Source: an uncultured delta proteobacterium
GTDB lineage: Bacteria > Myxococcota_A > Polyangia > Fen-1088
Length of the DNA: 64,000 nucleotides
Assembly (NCBI GenBank): GCA_963796685.1
Contig: CAWCMR010000008.1
Coordinates: 544,001-608,000, forward strand
Reading direction: 5' to 3'
A model generated the notes under the pieces. The model searched no databases. It saw only the letters and a list, made by a program, of their open reading frames with translations, and had not been told where the DNA came from. Shown piece after piece: positions 32,552 to 41,937 of this stretch (position 1 is the stretch's first letter; each line of letters starts with the position of its first letter). The position numbers and the translations under genes are program-made.

Positions 32552-33349
32552 TCAGCTGACAGGGAGCCATAACAAGGTCATGACGGCGCCAAGGCTCGGG
32601 ATGAAGATGGAGTGCTCCTTGAGGATTTCATCATCCCTGGCGTCCGGCTTCCAGGCAGATGCTTCCACTGATTCTTGCCGAGAGGGAAGCGCCTTCCCAG
32701 CGAATGCATCGATGGCCAAGCTATAACTGTCAAGCTTCGCTCCCCGTTCGATGATTCTGCCAAACGTGCGACTTCTTCGCGTCCATTTCACCTTGGCGTC
32801 GATGGAATAGACTACTGCCGCGCGTTCGTCCGATAGTTCGGCGAATCGTAGGGCGGCCGCGCTGAGGGTCACCTGGAATTCGTCAGACAGTCTTCGGGGA
32901 ACGTCCCAAGTCACTTCTCGCGCCTGGGTGCGAGGCTGGAAGAGCTTCGCTGGCATCAAGAATTCCGCCGCGAACGCGTTCGCCTCGGCCTCGGTCCCTC
33001 CGCCTTCGTAGTCTGTGACCAGTTGTTCGCCAGTGCAAAGGCCCAGATACGATTCGTCCTTGTGCAACTCGAAGTGTCCCAACTCATGGGCGATTGCGAA
33101 CCGTCTTTCTTCGCGCGACAGCTCGGAAGAGACGGTCACCATGCCCTTCTTGCCGACGCGTACCAGGTTCGCCCTGGCACCTTGGATTGGGGCTTCCCGC
33201 ACCTCCAGCCCGCGCAGTGAGGCGAGCGTCTCAACCATGCCCAACCTGGGATCGGGAACGTCTAGTTCTGCAAGTGCGCGCCTGGCCGAGGCGGCTGCCC
33301 CGCCCCAGTCGGGTGCGATTCTCTGACCGAAGAGATCCCGCCTTCTCAC
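32552..33349 (-). CDS. ImmA/IrrE-family zinc metallopeptidase
   Basis: RRFAIAHELGH, EAEANAFAAEFLMP, FQVTLSAAALR, followed by a GAF-like C-terminal region. Confidence 0.93.
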   Translation of the reverse strand: MRRRDLFGQRIAPDWGGAAASARRALAELDVPDPRLGMVETLASLRGLEVREAPIQGARANLVRVGKKGMVTVSSELSREERRFAIAHELGHFELHKDESYLGLCTGEQLVTDYEGGGTEAEANAFAAEFLMPAKLFQPRTQAREVTWDVPRRLSDEFQVTLSAAALRFAELSDERAAVVYSIDAKVKWTRRSRTFGRIIERGAKLDSYSLAIDAFAGKALPSRQESVEASAWKPDARDDEILKEHSIFIPSLGAVMTLLWLPVS

Positions 33350-33753
33350 TCCCCCTTGCCTTCGAGTAGGTGCCTCAACGAGGCGATCATCTCGGCGATG
33401 TCTTCCGGCCCTGCGTCCTGGAACTTCATGGCGTGAAAAGCTGCCTCGCGTCCGGCCGCTTGCATCAGAACGCGTAGCTCCGCGACCAGCTGTTCCTTCG
33501 ATGGAAGAGGTCCATCGGGTCTTGTGACTGGATTTGCCAGCGACCTTTGCCTGCGTGCTTGCTCGGCTTCGGCCAGCCGTCTCATTGTACGCTCGCGATG
33601 TAGCCTTTCGATGAGCGCGGATGTGTCCGCCACCATGGCCTTCATTTCGGCCTGAGCTTCCGCATCAACCGCGGCCGCTACCTCAGCGCCGGTATCCTCC
33701 ACGAGGACGGCTAGCAGGTCATCAAGCGTCTTGGATGCACGTCCATCACTCAT
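33346..33753 (-). CDS. Hypothetical 135-aa helical protein (candidate anti-sigma / protease substrate)
   Basis: Overlaps both neighbours (8-nt and GTGA overlaps); no TM segment. Confidence 0.75.
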   Translation of the reverse strand: MSDGRASKTLDDLLAVLVEDTGAEVAAAVDAEAQAEMKAMVADTSALIERLHRERTMRRLAEAEQARRQRSLANPVTRPDGPLPSKEQLVAELRVLMQAAGREAAFHAMKFQDAGPEDIAEMIASLRHLLEGKGE

Positions 33754-34312
33754 GGTCGTTCCCCCGCCTGGATATGGAAAGCTTGCTTCGTTCGATCAGG
33801 CGCTTGAGGCGCTTTGATACCACGGAAACCTTGTCGGGGGACCAACCGAGCCCAGCGGCGATGTCTTCCCTCTTCGGCCCCAACTCCTCGATTCCCAGAA
33901 TTAGGTACTCTTCCAACTCTGTGTCGCCAGTGCTCTTCACAAGATCCCGCACCGCATCGAGCACCTCACCATCGCCGCCTTCGACTGGAGGCGGATCCAG
34001 ATTCTCGACATTCTCGGCAAGTTCGGTCCGTTGAAGCTTCTTCGCGACGGACGTTGTAACACTCGTCATGGCCAGCACAATTGTCTTCCGCACGTCACCA
34101 TCGAACTCCGGGCTTTGCTCTCCTTCGAAAATCCTGATCAAGGTTTCGCTCACAAGTTCTCGAGCCTCCATCGCGCTCGGTTGGTAGTCTGACCCGCCGG
34201 CCCATCCCCGTCGCCTCAAAATTGCGGTCGCAGCGCTCAGGAGAGTCGGCAGCAGCGCTGCAATGTCTGCAGCGCGGATGGCTTTCACCAATACATCGTT
34301 ATGGTCGCTCAC
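33746..34312 (-). CDS. Divergent ECF/sigma70-like factor
   Basis: Region 2-like EARELVSETLIRIFEG; region 4-like HTH REDIAAGLGWSPDKVSVVSKRLKRLI; GAGGT RBS, GTG start. Confidence 0.7.
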   Translation of the reverse strand: MSDHNDVLVKAIRAADIAALLPTLLSAATAILRRRGWAGGSDYQPSAMEARELVSETLIRIFEGEQSPEFDGDVRKTIVLAMTSVTTSVAKKLQRTELAENVENLDPPPVEGGDGEVLDAVRDLVKSTGDTELEEYLILGIEELGPKREDIAAGLGWSPDKVSVVSKRLKRLIERSKLSISRRGNDHE

Positions 34313-34507
34313 TGGATGGCTACCTCACAAGGTTCTTGTGCCGGCTATTCCTGGTCAGCAATCGCATGATAAGCCGCGTACGGCAAAACCTGAAAAATGT
34401 CCCCCGCTGACCAGAAACGTTCTTGTCGGGAACCTTTCTGGGTAAGGGCGATCATCGATCCAAACGCGCCCGCAACAACCAAGGGGCACGATGCCCAGGA
34501 AAGAATG

Positions 34508-34720
34508 ATGCAAATGACAATGTCGACACGAAATTCTGGAAAGGCCTGGACTGGCGGCGAGAAGGCGCAGCTTCGTTCTCTCGCGCGCCAGAACACTCCA
34601 ACTCGAGTCGTCGGGTTGAAGCTCGGCCGTACCGAAGAATCGGTCCGCTCGAAGGCCTCGGAATTGGGCGTCTCGCTCAAACCGACGAACCAGAGCCCGT
34701 ACAACCGTCACAAGAGGTAG
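34508..34720 (+). CDS. Small basic HTH (Myb/GcrA-like) protein
   Basis: GKAWTGGEKAQLRSLA..NTPTRVVGLKLGRTEESVRSKA..LGVSLKPTNQSPY; AGGA RBS. Confidence 0.8.
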   Translation: MQMTMSTRNSGKAWTGGEKAQLRSLARQNTPTRVVGLKLGRTEESVRSKASELGVSLKPTNQSPYNRHKR

Positions 34721-34726
34721 CACCCC

Positions 34727-34993
34727 ATGGCTGACGTACTTGTCACGTGCATCACGAAGCCGGATCCCAACAGCCGCTTCGAGGGAATAACCCATGTCGG
34801 CGGCCAGGGGTGGCAATGGCCCGTGTCTCAGGTCATCGAGTCTATCCGCAGCCGCACGAACACCTTCTATACATTCGTCGGCGGCAAGCGCGCCGATCTC
34901 GAAGTAGTCGACGCCCCTCGGCCCTACCTACGGACACGGGCTGACGGAGTGTGGAACGACAATCTGCTGGCGCTTTCTCGCTGCGGTGGGTGA
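34727..34993 (+). CDS. DUF3892 domain protein
   Basis: VTCITK...ITHVG...VIESI...FYT...YLRTRADGVWNDNLLAL..C; GAGGT RBS. Confidence 0.88.
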   Translation: MADVLVTCITKPDPNSRFEGITHVGGQGWQWPVSQVIESIRSRTNTFYTFVGGKRADLEVVDAPRPYLRTRADGVWNDNLLALSRCGG

Positions 34994-35046
34994 CGCTTTC
35001 CGGGTCCAGTATTCCCGCGACGGCGTGGTGGGCTGGCGGCACCGGC

Positions 35047-35901
35047 CTAGTGTAGGCGGTCAACTCCGACCAACATCTTCGACGCCACGGCAGCCTTCGT
35101 GATCGCCAAGAACTCATGCGACGGGATGGTCGCATCGAACACACCTTCGGCCTTCGATTGCAGTGTATCCATCGCGAATTCCAGATGGGTATCCGGGACC
35201 TTGGCAGACGATCCAAGAATGATCGCCGCGCGATAGAGCTTTCGACCTTCCGCCTCTTCGAGAATGTCCTTGACCTTGCCGAGCTGGTGGAACCCGTAGC
35301 CGATGCGCAGGGCACGGCGCTCGAGATCGGCTCTTGGGGCCTCGGGATCGATCGCATCCAACGCCACGAGGTGTTCGCGGGCACTCAGGACGCGAGCGAA
35401 CTTGAAGTCTTCCGCGGCGAGGTGCTTGCGGACTTCAGGCGAGAGGTATTCCCTGGGCGGGGCTTGCTTGCATAGGTAGTCGCCCGGGATCTCGAACTTC
35501 GAGACGAGCAAGTCCTCGAGACGGGACTGGATCTGCTGTGCCTTCGCCCGCTCGCCTCTCTTCGAACCGGCTCTTGCCAGGTATCGTTCGACCAGCGTTT
35601 GCACGAACGCGTTGATGTTGCTCGTTAGAATCTCCCGAGGTCCGGTCAGGCTGAACTGCGCAGAAGCGGACGAGATGAGCCTTGCCCCTTCGCCGCCGGC
35701 GTCCTCCACCGCTGTGCTGAGATGTCTCAGGTAGAGGTCGAGGAGCCCCCTGTCGAACTTTGGGGCCACGCAGGACAGCTTGGGGAAGGTCTCGTCGTAG
35801 ACCAGCGAGTTGCGGTCGTTCGCCACGAACAGTGCGACGTTGACGGGCTCTACGACTTCCGGGTCTGGTGAAAAGCGAACCACTTGGTAGTAGGGCTTCA
35901 T
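35047..35901 (-). CDS. DUF3037 domain protein (HipA-like kinase partner)
   Basis: YYQVVRFSPDPEVVEPVNVAL...QFS..PR...LVERYL; ATG 35901 overlaps the kinase stop (ATGA). Confidence 0.8.
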   Translation of the reverse strand: MKPYYQVVRFSPDPEVVEPVNVALFVANDRNSLVYDETFPKLSCVAPKFDRGLLDLYLRHLSTAVEDAGGEGARLISSASAQFSLTGPREILTSNINAFVQTLVERYLARAGSKRGERAKAQQIQSRLEDLLVSKFEIPGDYLCKQAPPREYLSPEVRKHLAAEDFKFARVLSAREHLVALDAIDPEAPRADLERRALRIGYGFHQLGKVKDILEEAEGRKLYRAAIILGSSAKVPDTHLEFAMDTLQSKAEGVFDATIPSHEFLAITKAAVASKMLVGVDRLH

Positions 35902-36440
35902 GACCAAATCTCCGCGAGAATTTGTGGCAACTTCATCTTTCGCTTCTGGAGGGCCTGGCACGTGCTGTCGGCCCAGGTGAAGGAACTTCCTACCGCTGAC
36001 TCGACAGTTTGGACGACCTCTTTGATGGTGTCCACCGGTAGATCCTGGAGGCGTTGCAGGAACCCGCCCCACTGAACCGGTCGCGTCACGGCGCGGGACA
36101 GGTCGCCCGTAGGTCGCAGTTTTCTAGGGTCCACGCCGGTGGATTGCATCAGCGGATGTGGGCCTCTGAGGGCCTCCGCCTTCTCGAAATCGATCGCGAC
36201 GACCTCGAGTTCCTTCGCCGACCCACGCACGAGCACGTTCCCGGAATTGCGGTCGGTGTTTGCGATCCAGGCGTCAAACGCGACCAGGGCCCCCATCGCG
36301 AGGATGGTCGAGGCCGACGGGCACGCGCTGAGCAGCCTGTCTCCACCGCGGATGACGTTTTCCTCCTTGGCCGACGCAAACCACAAGGCCGACTCGTCAT
36401 CCCCGAAATACCCCAGCGCAAACCCAGGCGTCAGTATTCC

Positions 36441-37851
36441 GGCTCTCCTGACATCTTCGTAAGGGGAGATCTCGTAGGTGCGACGCACGTCGTCGACGGA
36501 GATGTGGGCGGCATGAGTTTCGGGTGAGGTGGAGACGAAGTGCGCACGGGCACCTGGGGTATCGTGTGGCTTGTCTAGAACCCACAAGCCCAGGAGCCCA
36601 TGCGCGCAACCACCCTATTCCGAAACCTACTCCAATTTCCACATACCCGTGTCCTGGCGGTCGAATTCGATCTGCTTGGCATATTGGTGCACGTGGCGCC
36701 AACGACGACCGTTCCCTACTGCTCAGGCTGCGGATGTCGGGTCCATGACGTGTTCGATGCTCGGGCTCGGAACTGGCGGCATCTGGACGCGTGCGGGATG
36801 GAGGTTCTTCTGCGCTACACCCTGCGCAGGGTTGACTGTCCTCGGTGCGGCGTGGTCATCGAGATGGTCCCTTGGGCCGAGCCGAAGGTCGGCTTCACGC
36901 GTGACTTCGAGGACCATGTGGCCTATCTGGCCCAACAAGCAAGCCAGACGATGGTGGCCGAAACCATGCGCATCGCGTGGCGCACCGTCGGCGCCATCAT
37001 CCAGCGGGTGGTGCCGCGGCACCGAGATCCTAGCCTTCTCCTCGAGGACCTCGAACACATCGGCGTCGACGAGTTGTCGTACCGGCGGCACCATGAGTAC
37101 GTCACCGTCGTTGTCGACCACGTCTCGCAGCGGGTCGTCTGGGCCCACGAGGGCAAGAACGCTGCGACGCTCGGCTGCTTCTTCGACGCTCTCGGCCCGG
37201 AACGAACCAGCAAGCTCAAGACCGTCACCATCGACATGTCCGCGGCCTACATCGACGCGGTCACCTCGCGAGCGCCACAAGCGCAGATCGTCTTCGACCG
37301 CTTCCACGTTCAGAGACTCGTGCAGGAAGCACTCGACGAGCTCCGGCGTGCGGAGGTCCGACTCCTGGAGGACACCGACGAACGCGGGCAACTGAAGAAG
37401 ACCAAGTACCTTCTGCTCAAGAATCCGTGGAACCTATCCAGGGCCGAGTCTGAGAGGCTTTCGACCCTCCCGAAGACCAATGCCCGACTCTATCGCGGCT
37501 ACCTGCTCAAGATCGCCATCTGCGACATCCTCGGTCGTCGCCAGGTCAACGTCGTCAAACAGAAGCTCGAAGAATGGATCAGTTGGGCCAGGCGATCCAG
37601 ACTACCTTCCTTCAAGAAGGTCGCCGCGACCATCAAGAAATACCTGGACGGCATCGTGGCCATTGTCGCCACAGGGCTCAATAACGGAAGAACCGAGGGC
37701 CTTAATGGCAAGATCAGGGTCATCACCCGCAGGGCCTATGGCTTCCACAACGCTCAAGCCCTCATTGGCTTCATCTTCCTCTGCTGCTCAGGCGTTGTCC
37801 TTCATCCCGTCTTCAAGGTGCCCGCGCTTCCATGAAGATGTCAGGAGAGCC
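36441..37851 (+). mobile_element. ISL3-family insertion sequence, 1411 bp
   Basis: Perfect 18-bp IRs ggctctcctgacatcttc / gaagatgtcaggagagcc; 8-bp TSD agtattcc at 36433-36440 and 37852-37859. Confidence 0.97.
36600..37835 (+). CDS. ISL3 DDE transposase
   Basis: CSGC/CPRC zinc finger, IGVDE, TIDMS, DRFHV, NGRTEGLNGKIR..RRAYGF. Confidence 0.96.
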   Translation: MRATTLFRNLLQFPHTRVLAVEFDLLGILVHVAPTTTVPYCSGCGCRVHDVFDARARNWRHLDACGMEVLLRYTLRRVDCPRCGVVIEMVPWAEPKVGFTRDFEDHVAYLAQQASQTMVAETMRIAWRTVGAIIQRVVPRHRDPSLLLEDLEHIGVDELSYRRHHEYVTVVVDHVSQRVVWAHEGKNAATLGCFFDALGPERTSKLKTVTIDMSAAYIDAVTSRAPQAQIVFDRFHVQRLVQEALDELRRAEVRLLEDTDERGQLKKTKYLLLKNPWNLSRAESERLSTLPKTNARLYRGYLLKIAICDILGRRQVNVVKQKLEEWISWARRSRLPSFKKVAATIKKYLDGIVAIVATGLNNGRTEGLNGKIRVITRRAYGFHNAQALIGFIFLCCSGVVLHPVFKVPALP

Positions 37852-38119
37852 AGTATTCCAAGCTGTCCGGCCAGGATGTATGCAATCGCTTCGCTGACCA
37901 CAATGTTCAGATCAGGACCTTTCACGATGTATTGGTTGCCGGCTTCGTCCATGGAAGCCTGGGGATCCGTGCTGTATACGATGCCCTCCGGCCGCGCGAC
38001 GGTGCCCCGATCCATCAGCTCGACGATGCGAATCTCGGTGACCACTTGGTTCGGGTACGGTAACACCGGTGACGCGCGCGCACAAGAAAGCACCCACTCG
38101 GTCGATTCCTGGATGGCAC

Positions 38120-38749
38120 TCAAGGAGCCACAAGTTCGCGTATGTAGGACTTGTCCATCTCGTCGAGCCCGCACACGCACGGGCTGGGGAGCCATCGGTC
38201 GACAGACAGGTTCAGGTCCTCACAGTAGAGGCGGAGCGCCGAATCCGCCGCTGACGCAAATTCATCAGCCATGACCCCGCCGAACTCACTCACCAGGGCA
38301 AAGCCAAAGCACCATGCTCGTGTCTCTTCGCCAAGGATTTCTCCTCGTTCCGCCGGTGACAGCGGATTCGGCTTCTTTGCTTCTTCTCGCTCCCACACCG
38401 TCTTCCGAGTTTCCGCAGGTACCGGGTCCCCGTTCTCGATGGATAGGAGCTCGTCGGAGTTCCTTACCTTGCATTCCAGGTCTGCTACCCACTGCTGGTA
38501 CTTGTATAGGGCGCGATCATAGTCGCCCGTTCTTCGGCTCCTTGCGTGCGCACGAAAATGGCCAAGCTCATGGCAGAGGGTGAAAAGAGTCTCCCTGTCG
38601 GGACGACCGGGCGCGAGTTGGATTTCGTTCTTTCTGTGAAGGAATAGCCCGAAGGCGTTCTTTGGCTTGACGTCAACGATATGGACGGTTCGCCCAGCAA
38701 GGGAGACGGTTTCTGAGCGCAACCTGAGCCGTGCGAAAAAGTCACGCAT
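38120..38749 (-). CDS. HEXXH metallopeptidase-like protein
   Basis: TLCHELGHF and a downstream EETRAW; 18 bp after the hsdS stop. Confidence 0.72.
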   Translation of the reverse strand: MRDFFARLRLRSETVSLAGRTVHIVDVKPKNAFGLFLHRKNEIQLAPGRPDRETLFTLCHELGHFRAHARSRRTGDYDRALYKYQQWVADLECKVRNSDELLSIENGDPVPAETRKTVWEREEAKKPNPLSPAERGEILGEETRAWCFGFALVSEFGGVMADEFASAADSALRLYCEDLNLSVDRWLPSPCVCGLDEMDKSYIRELVAP

Positions 38750-38767
38750 GAGTGCACTGTCCGATTC

Positions 38768-40477
38768 TCATGCCGCCGTGAGATCCGCAACCAGAGCGGA
38801 GAGGAGGTGGTCGGCGGTGGTGCGGGCGGCGGCGAGTTGCGACTCGCACTGGTCTACCAGGGCCATCAACTGGTCCACCTTGGCGACGATTCGGCGTTGT
38901 TCGGCGAGGGGCGGGATCGGAATGGCAAACTCCCGGGCGTCGGTGAGGCTGATATTCGGTTGAGCGCTAGTGACCCTGGAGGACAGCATGTACTCCACTG
39001 CGAATGGACTGTTGAGGTAGTGAAGCAGAAAGGATGGATCCAAGTCCTCAACCCCTCTCACAAGTCGGATTAGGGCCACAGCCTGATTGATGTTGGCGAC
39101 GACGTGCAGGTCATAGATGGCCGTACGACCGATCGATGCTCCGACCAGGTTCATCAAGATGTCTCCTGTGATTAGGATCGATCTTGGCTCTATTTCGTTG
39201 AAGCACCGGTCAACGTACTTGAGCTCGTCGAGCTTTCTGAGCCTGTAGTTGCCAACATTTTCGCTCGTGATGAAGAGGACGCCTTCGGGCTCTGAAACGT
39301 AAGCTATGCCCTGCCATTTCGGTGATGAGCCTTTGGTGATGAGTTCGGTCACTTCCCCAAGCCTCGCCCAGCACCACGAATCGGGGACCTCAAAGGGTAG
39401 GCTGCTTGAGTCAAGCAGCCCGACCGGTTTGTCCTTGCCGATCTTGCCCTGCGCTTGAAGGTGCGCCTTGGTGGCCGAGATGCTAGCGAGTAGGTCCCGC
39501 GCGTCTCCGTCCCTGCGATCTTGCGGGACGAGGTGGCCTTGGACGGCTAGGGTTAGGATGGTTTTGCGGAGGTCGGCGGGGGTGATGGTGAAGGAATCGT
39601 GGAAGAGGAGCTCGAGGTTGGCTGGGGTGGGGGCGTCGGCGAAGCGGGCCAGGGCTCCGCGGGCGAGGGCCGTTTGCCAGGTGTCGCGCTTCTGTAACTG
39701 CGCCTCCAGCCGGTCGCACAACGCCATCAACTCGTCCACCTTCGCCACGATCCGCTTCTGCTCGGTGAGGGGTGGAAACGGGATCGGGCACGCACGGACC
39801 TGTCGCATGTTGATGGATGCCAGGTTGGTGGTCTGCTTCGATGCTGACTCAAAGTAGGAGCGTCCGACGGGCGAGTTGAAGTAGCCTTCAAACCAGCGCG
39901 GTAGGAGCGCATCCGAACGCATGCGAGCACGAAAGATGTGGTTCTGATGGAGGCATGGCGAGATTTGTCCCTTCCAGATCGCGGCTCGGCCGACCTTGTC
40001 CCAGTCGCCACCCTCGGTCATCAGAAGATCGTTCTCACGGAGCGCGTATCGTTCGATTTCGTCCTCAGCGATGGTCACTTCCTTGATCACGCTTAGGTCG
40101 ATTTCGCCTCTTTTCACGTTGGCTACGCGCAGGTACGGGAAAGAGACCATCTTCTTCCCCGTCACCTTACGACCCAAGGTCACACCGCCTGCAATGACTG
40201 CGACGTCCTCGAAACGGACGCGGTCCCACGACGGCAGGAGTGGGGAACTATCAGCCTCAATGCTGTCCTCTGTGGCTGCCGGCGTTTTCAGGCCTAGCCG
40301 TGCGAGGCATGTAGATGCCTCTTCGTCGTCGGGGACTTGTGGAACAAGTCGGCCTTGGACGGCGAAGCTGATGATCAGTTCGCGAAGTCTCCCCACTGCC
40401 CCGGTATGATCGGCAAGTTGGTCGAACCTTTCGAGAAGGCCATTCTTTCTGCGATCGGCGGAGGCTGCCTTCCTCAT
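38768..40477 (-). CDS. hsdS: Type I R-M specificity subunit
   Basis: Two TRDs, each followed by PPL.EQ.RIVAKVD.LMAL.D; two AVQG.LVPQ repeats; ATGA overlap with hsdM. Confidence 0.96.
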   Translation of the reverse strand: MRKAASADRRKNGLLERFDQLADHTGAVGRLRELIISFAVQGRLVPQVPDDEEASTCLARLGLKTPAATEDSIEADSSPLLPSWDRVRFEDVAVIAGGVTLGRKVTGKKMVSFPYLRVANVKRGEIDLSVIKEVTIAEDEIERYALRENDLLMTEGGDWDKVGRAAIWKGQISPCLHQNHIFRARMRSDALLPRWFEGYFNSPVGRSYFESASKQTTNLASINMRQVRACPIPFPPLTEQKRIVAKVDELMALCDRLEAQLQKRDTWQTALARGALARFADAPTPANLELLFHDSFTITPADLRKTILTLAVQGHLVPQDRRDGDARDLLASISATKAHLQAQGKIGKDKPVGLLDSSSLPFEVPDSWCWARLGEVTELITKGSSPKWQGIAYVSEPEGVLFITSENVGNYRLRKLDELKYVDRCFNEIEPRSILITGDILMNLVGASIGRTAIYDLHVVANINQAVALIRLVRGVEDLDPSFLLHYLNSPFAVEYMLSSRVTSAQPNISLTDAREFAIPIPPLAEQRRIVAKVDQLMALVDQCESQLAAARTTADHLLSALVADLTAA

Positions 40478-41934
40478 CGAGACAGGGCTTCCAGAAGCTG
40501 GGACTTCAGCTCCGCCTTCGTCTTCGCCACCTGCGCCAGCAGCTTCTCGTACTCCGGCAGCAGGTGGTCCACGTCGCCGGGGCCGTCGTCGGTCTGGTGC
40601 GGGTTCTTCAGGTCCAGGTTGTAGCCACCGGCTTTGATCTGGTCGATGGGCACGCGCCAGGCGCGGTCGGTTTCCTTGCGGGCGGCGAAGCCGTCACTTT
40701 CCTTGCCCCACCATTTGCGCTCGACCTCGAACTCCTCGATGCGGATGGGCTTGCCCTTGTTGTAGCTCTTGGCGCCGTCGGGGTAAGGGTGCTCGTAGTA
40801 CCAGACGGCGGTGGTCGGGGCGCCGCTGGTGAAAAACAATAGATTGGTGCGGATGCCGGTGTAGGGGTTGAACACGCCGTTGGGCAAGCGGACGATGGTG
40901 TGCAGGTTGCACTCGGAGAGCAGCTTCTCTTTGATGCGGGTCTTGACGCCTTCGCCGAACAGGGTGCCGTCGGGAAGGACCAGGCCGGCGCGGCCGCCGG
41001 GCTTGAGGATCTTCATCAGCAGCACAAGGAACAGGTCGGCGGTCTCGCGGGTGCGGAGCTCGGCGGGGAAGTTGGATTCGATGCCGTCTTCTTCCATGCC
41101 GCCGAAGGGCGGGTTGGTGACGATGACGTCCACGCGCTCTTTGGGGCTCCAGTCGCGCAGGGGGCGGGACAGGGTGTTGTCGTGGCGCACGTTGGATGGC
41201 ACCTCGATGCCGTGCAGAAGCAGGTTGGTCATGCACAGCACGTGGGGCAGGTGCTTCTTCTCGATGCCGGAGAAGCAATCCTGGATATGGCGTTCGTCGG
41301 CGGGGGTCTTGGCCTGCTTGCGCAGGTGATCGATGGCGCAGGTCAGAAAGCCTCCCGTGCCGCAGGCGGGATCCAGGATGGTCTCGCGCTTCTTCAGGCT
41401 GGGGTTGACCTGCTCGACGATGAACTGGGTCACGGCACGCGGGGTGTAGAACTCGCCCGCGTTGCCGGCGGATTGCAGGTCCTTGAGGATCTTCTCGTAG
41501 ATGTCGCCGAACATGTGGCGGTCATCGGTGGCGTTGAAGTCGATGCCATTGATCTTGTTGATCACCTGGCGCATCAGGGTGCCGTTCTTCATGTAGTTGT
41601 TGGCATCCTCGAAGGTCATGCGCACCAGACCCGCGATCTTGTCGGCCCCGCCGGAAAGCGCCTTCAGCTTGGGCAGCAGGGTGTTGTTGACGAAGTCCAG
41701 CAGGGCATCGCCGGTGATGCCTTCTTCATCGGTGGCCCACGATGACCAGCGCAGGTGCTTGGGCAGGGGCGAGCGGTAGTCGTCACGAAGTGCGACCAGC
41801 TCTTTCTCGTGGTCGTCGAAGATCTTCAGGAAGAACATCCAGCCAAGTTGCTCCAGGCGCTGGGCGTCGCCGTAGGTGCCGGCGTCCTTGCGCATGATGT
41901 CCTGGATGGATTTGACGAGGTTTGAAACGGACAT
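40474..41934 (-). CDS. hsdM: Type I R-M N6-adenine methyltransferase
   Basis: GEFYTPR, DPACGTGGFL, TNPPFGG; N-terminus IQDIMRKDAG..GDAQRLEQL as in the EcoAI/EcoEI (type IB) group. Confidence 0.97.
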   Translation of the reverse strand: MSVSNLVKSIQDIMRKDAGTYGDAQRLEQLGWMFFLKIFDDHEKELVALRDDYRSPLPKHLRWSSWATDEEGITGDALLDFVNNTLLPKLKALSGGADKIAGLVRMTFEDANNYMKNGTLMRQVINKINGIDFNATDDRHMFGDIYEKILKDLQSAGNAGEFYTPRAVTQFIVEQVNPSLKKRETILDPACGTGGFLTCAIDHLRKQAKTPADERHIQDCFSGIEKKHLPHVLCMTNLLLHGIEVPSNVRHDNTLSRPLRDWSPKERVDVIVTNPPFGGMEEDGIESNFPAELRTRETADLFLVLLMKILKPGGRAGLVLPDGTLFGEGVKTRIKEKLLSECNLHTIVRLPNGVFNPYTGIRTNLLFFTSGAPTTAVWYYEHPYPDGAKSYNKGKPIRIEEFEVERKWWGKESDGFAARKETDRAWRVPIDQIKAGGYNLDLKNPHQTDDGPGDVDHLLPEYEKLLAQVAKTKAELKSQLLEALSR

Positions 41935-41937
41935 GGT

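Larger units (their letters stand above)
35898..38045 (-). pseudogene. HipA-like kinase interrupted by ISL3
   Basis: 5' part YIVKG..VVSEAIAYILAGQLGIL (38045-37852) joins in frame to TPGFAL...FDAWIANTDRNSGNVL...AIDFE (36432-35898) once the IS and one TSD are removed (~242 aa). Confidence 0.9.

Noticed and set aside
29737-38749. Integron cassette array
   Set aside because: Genes are in mixed orientations; no attC-like RYYYAAC...GTTRRRY sites or integrase seen.
38768-40477. Phase-variable or invertible hsdS
   Set aside because: Single hsdS, with no silent TRD copies, invertase or simple sequence repeat; internal repeats are the normal conserved regions.
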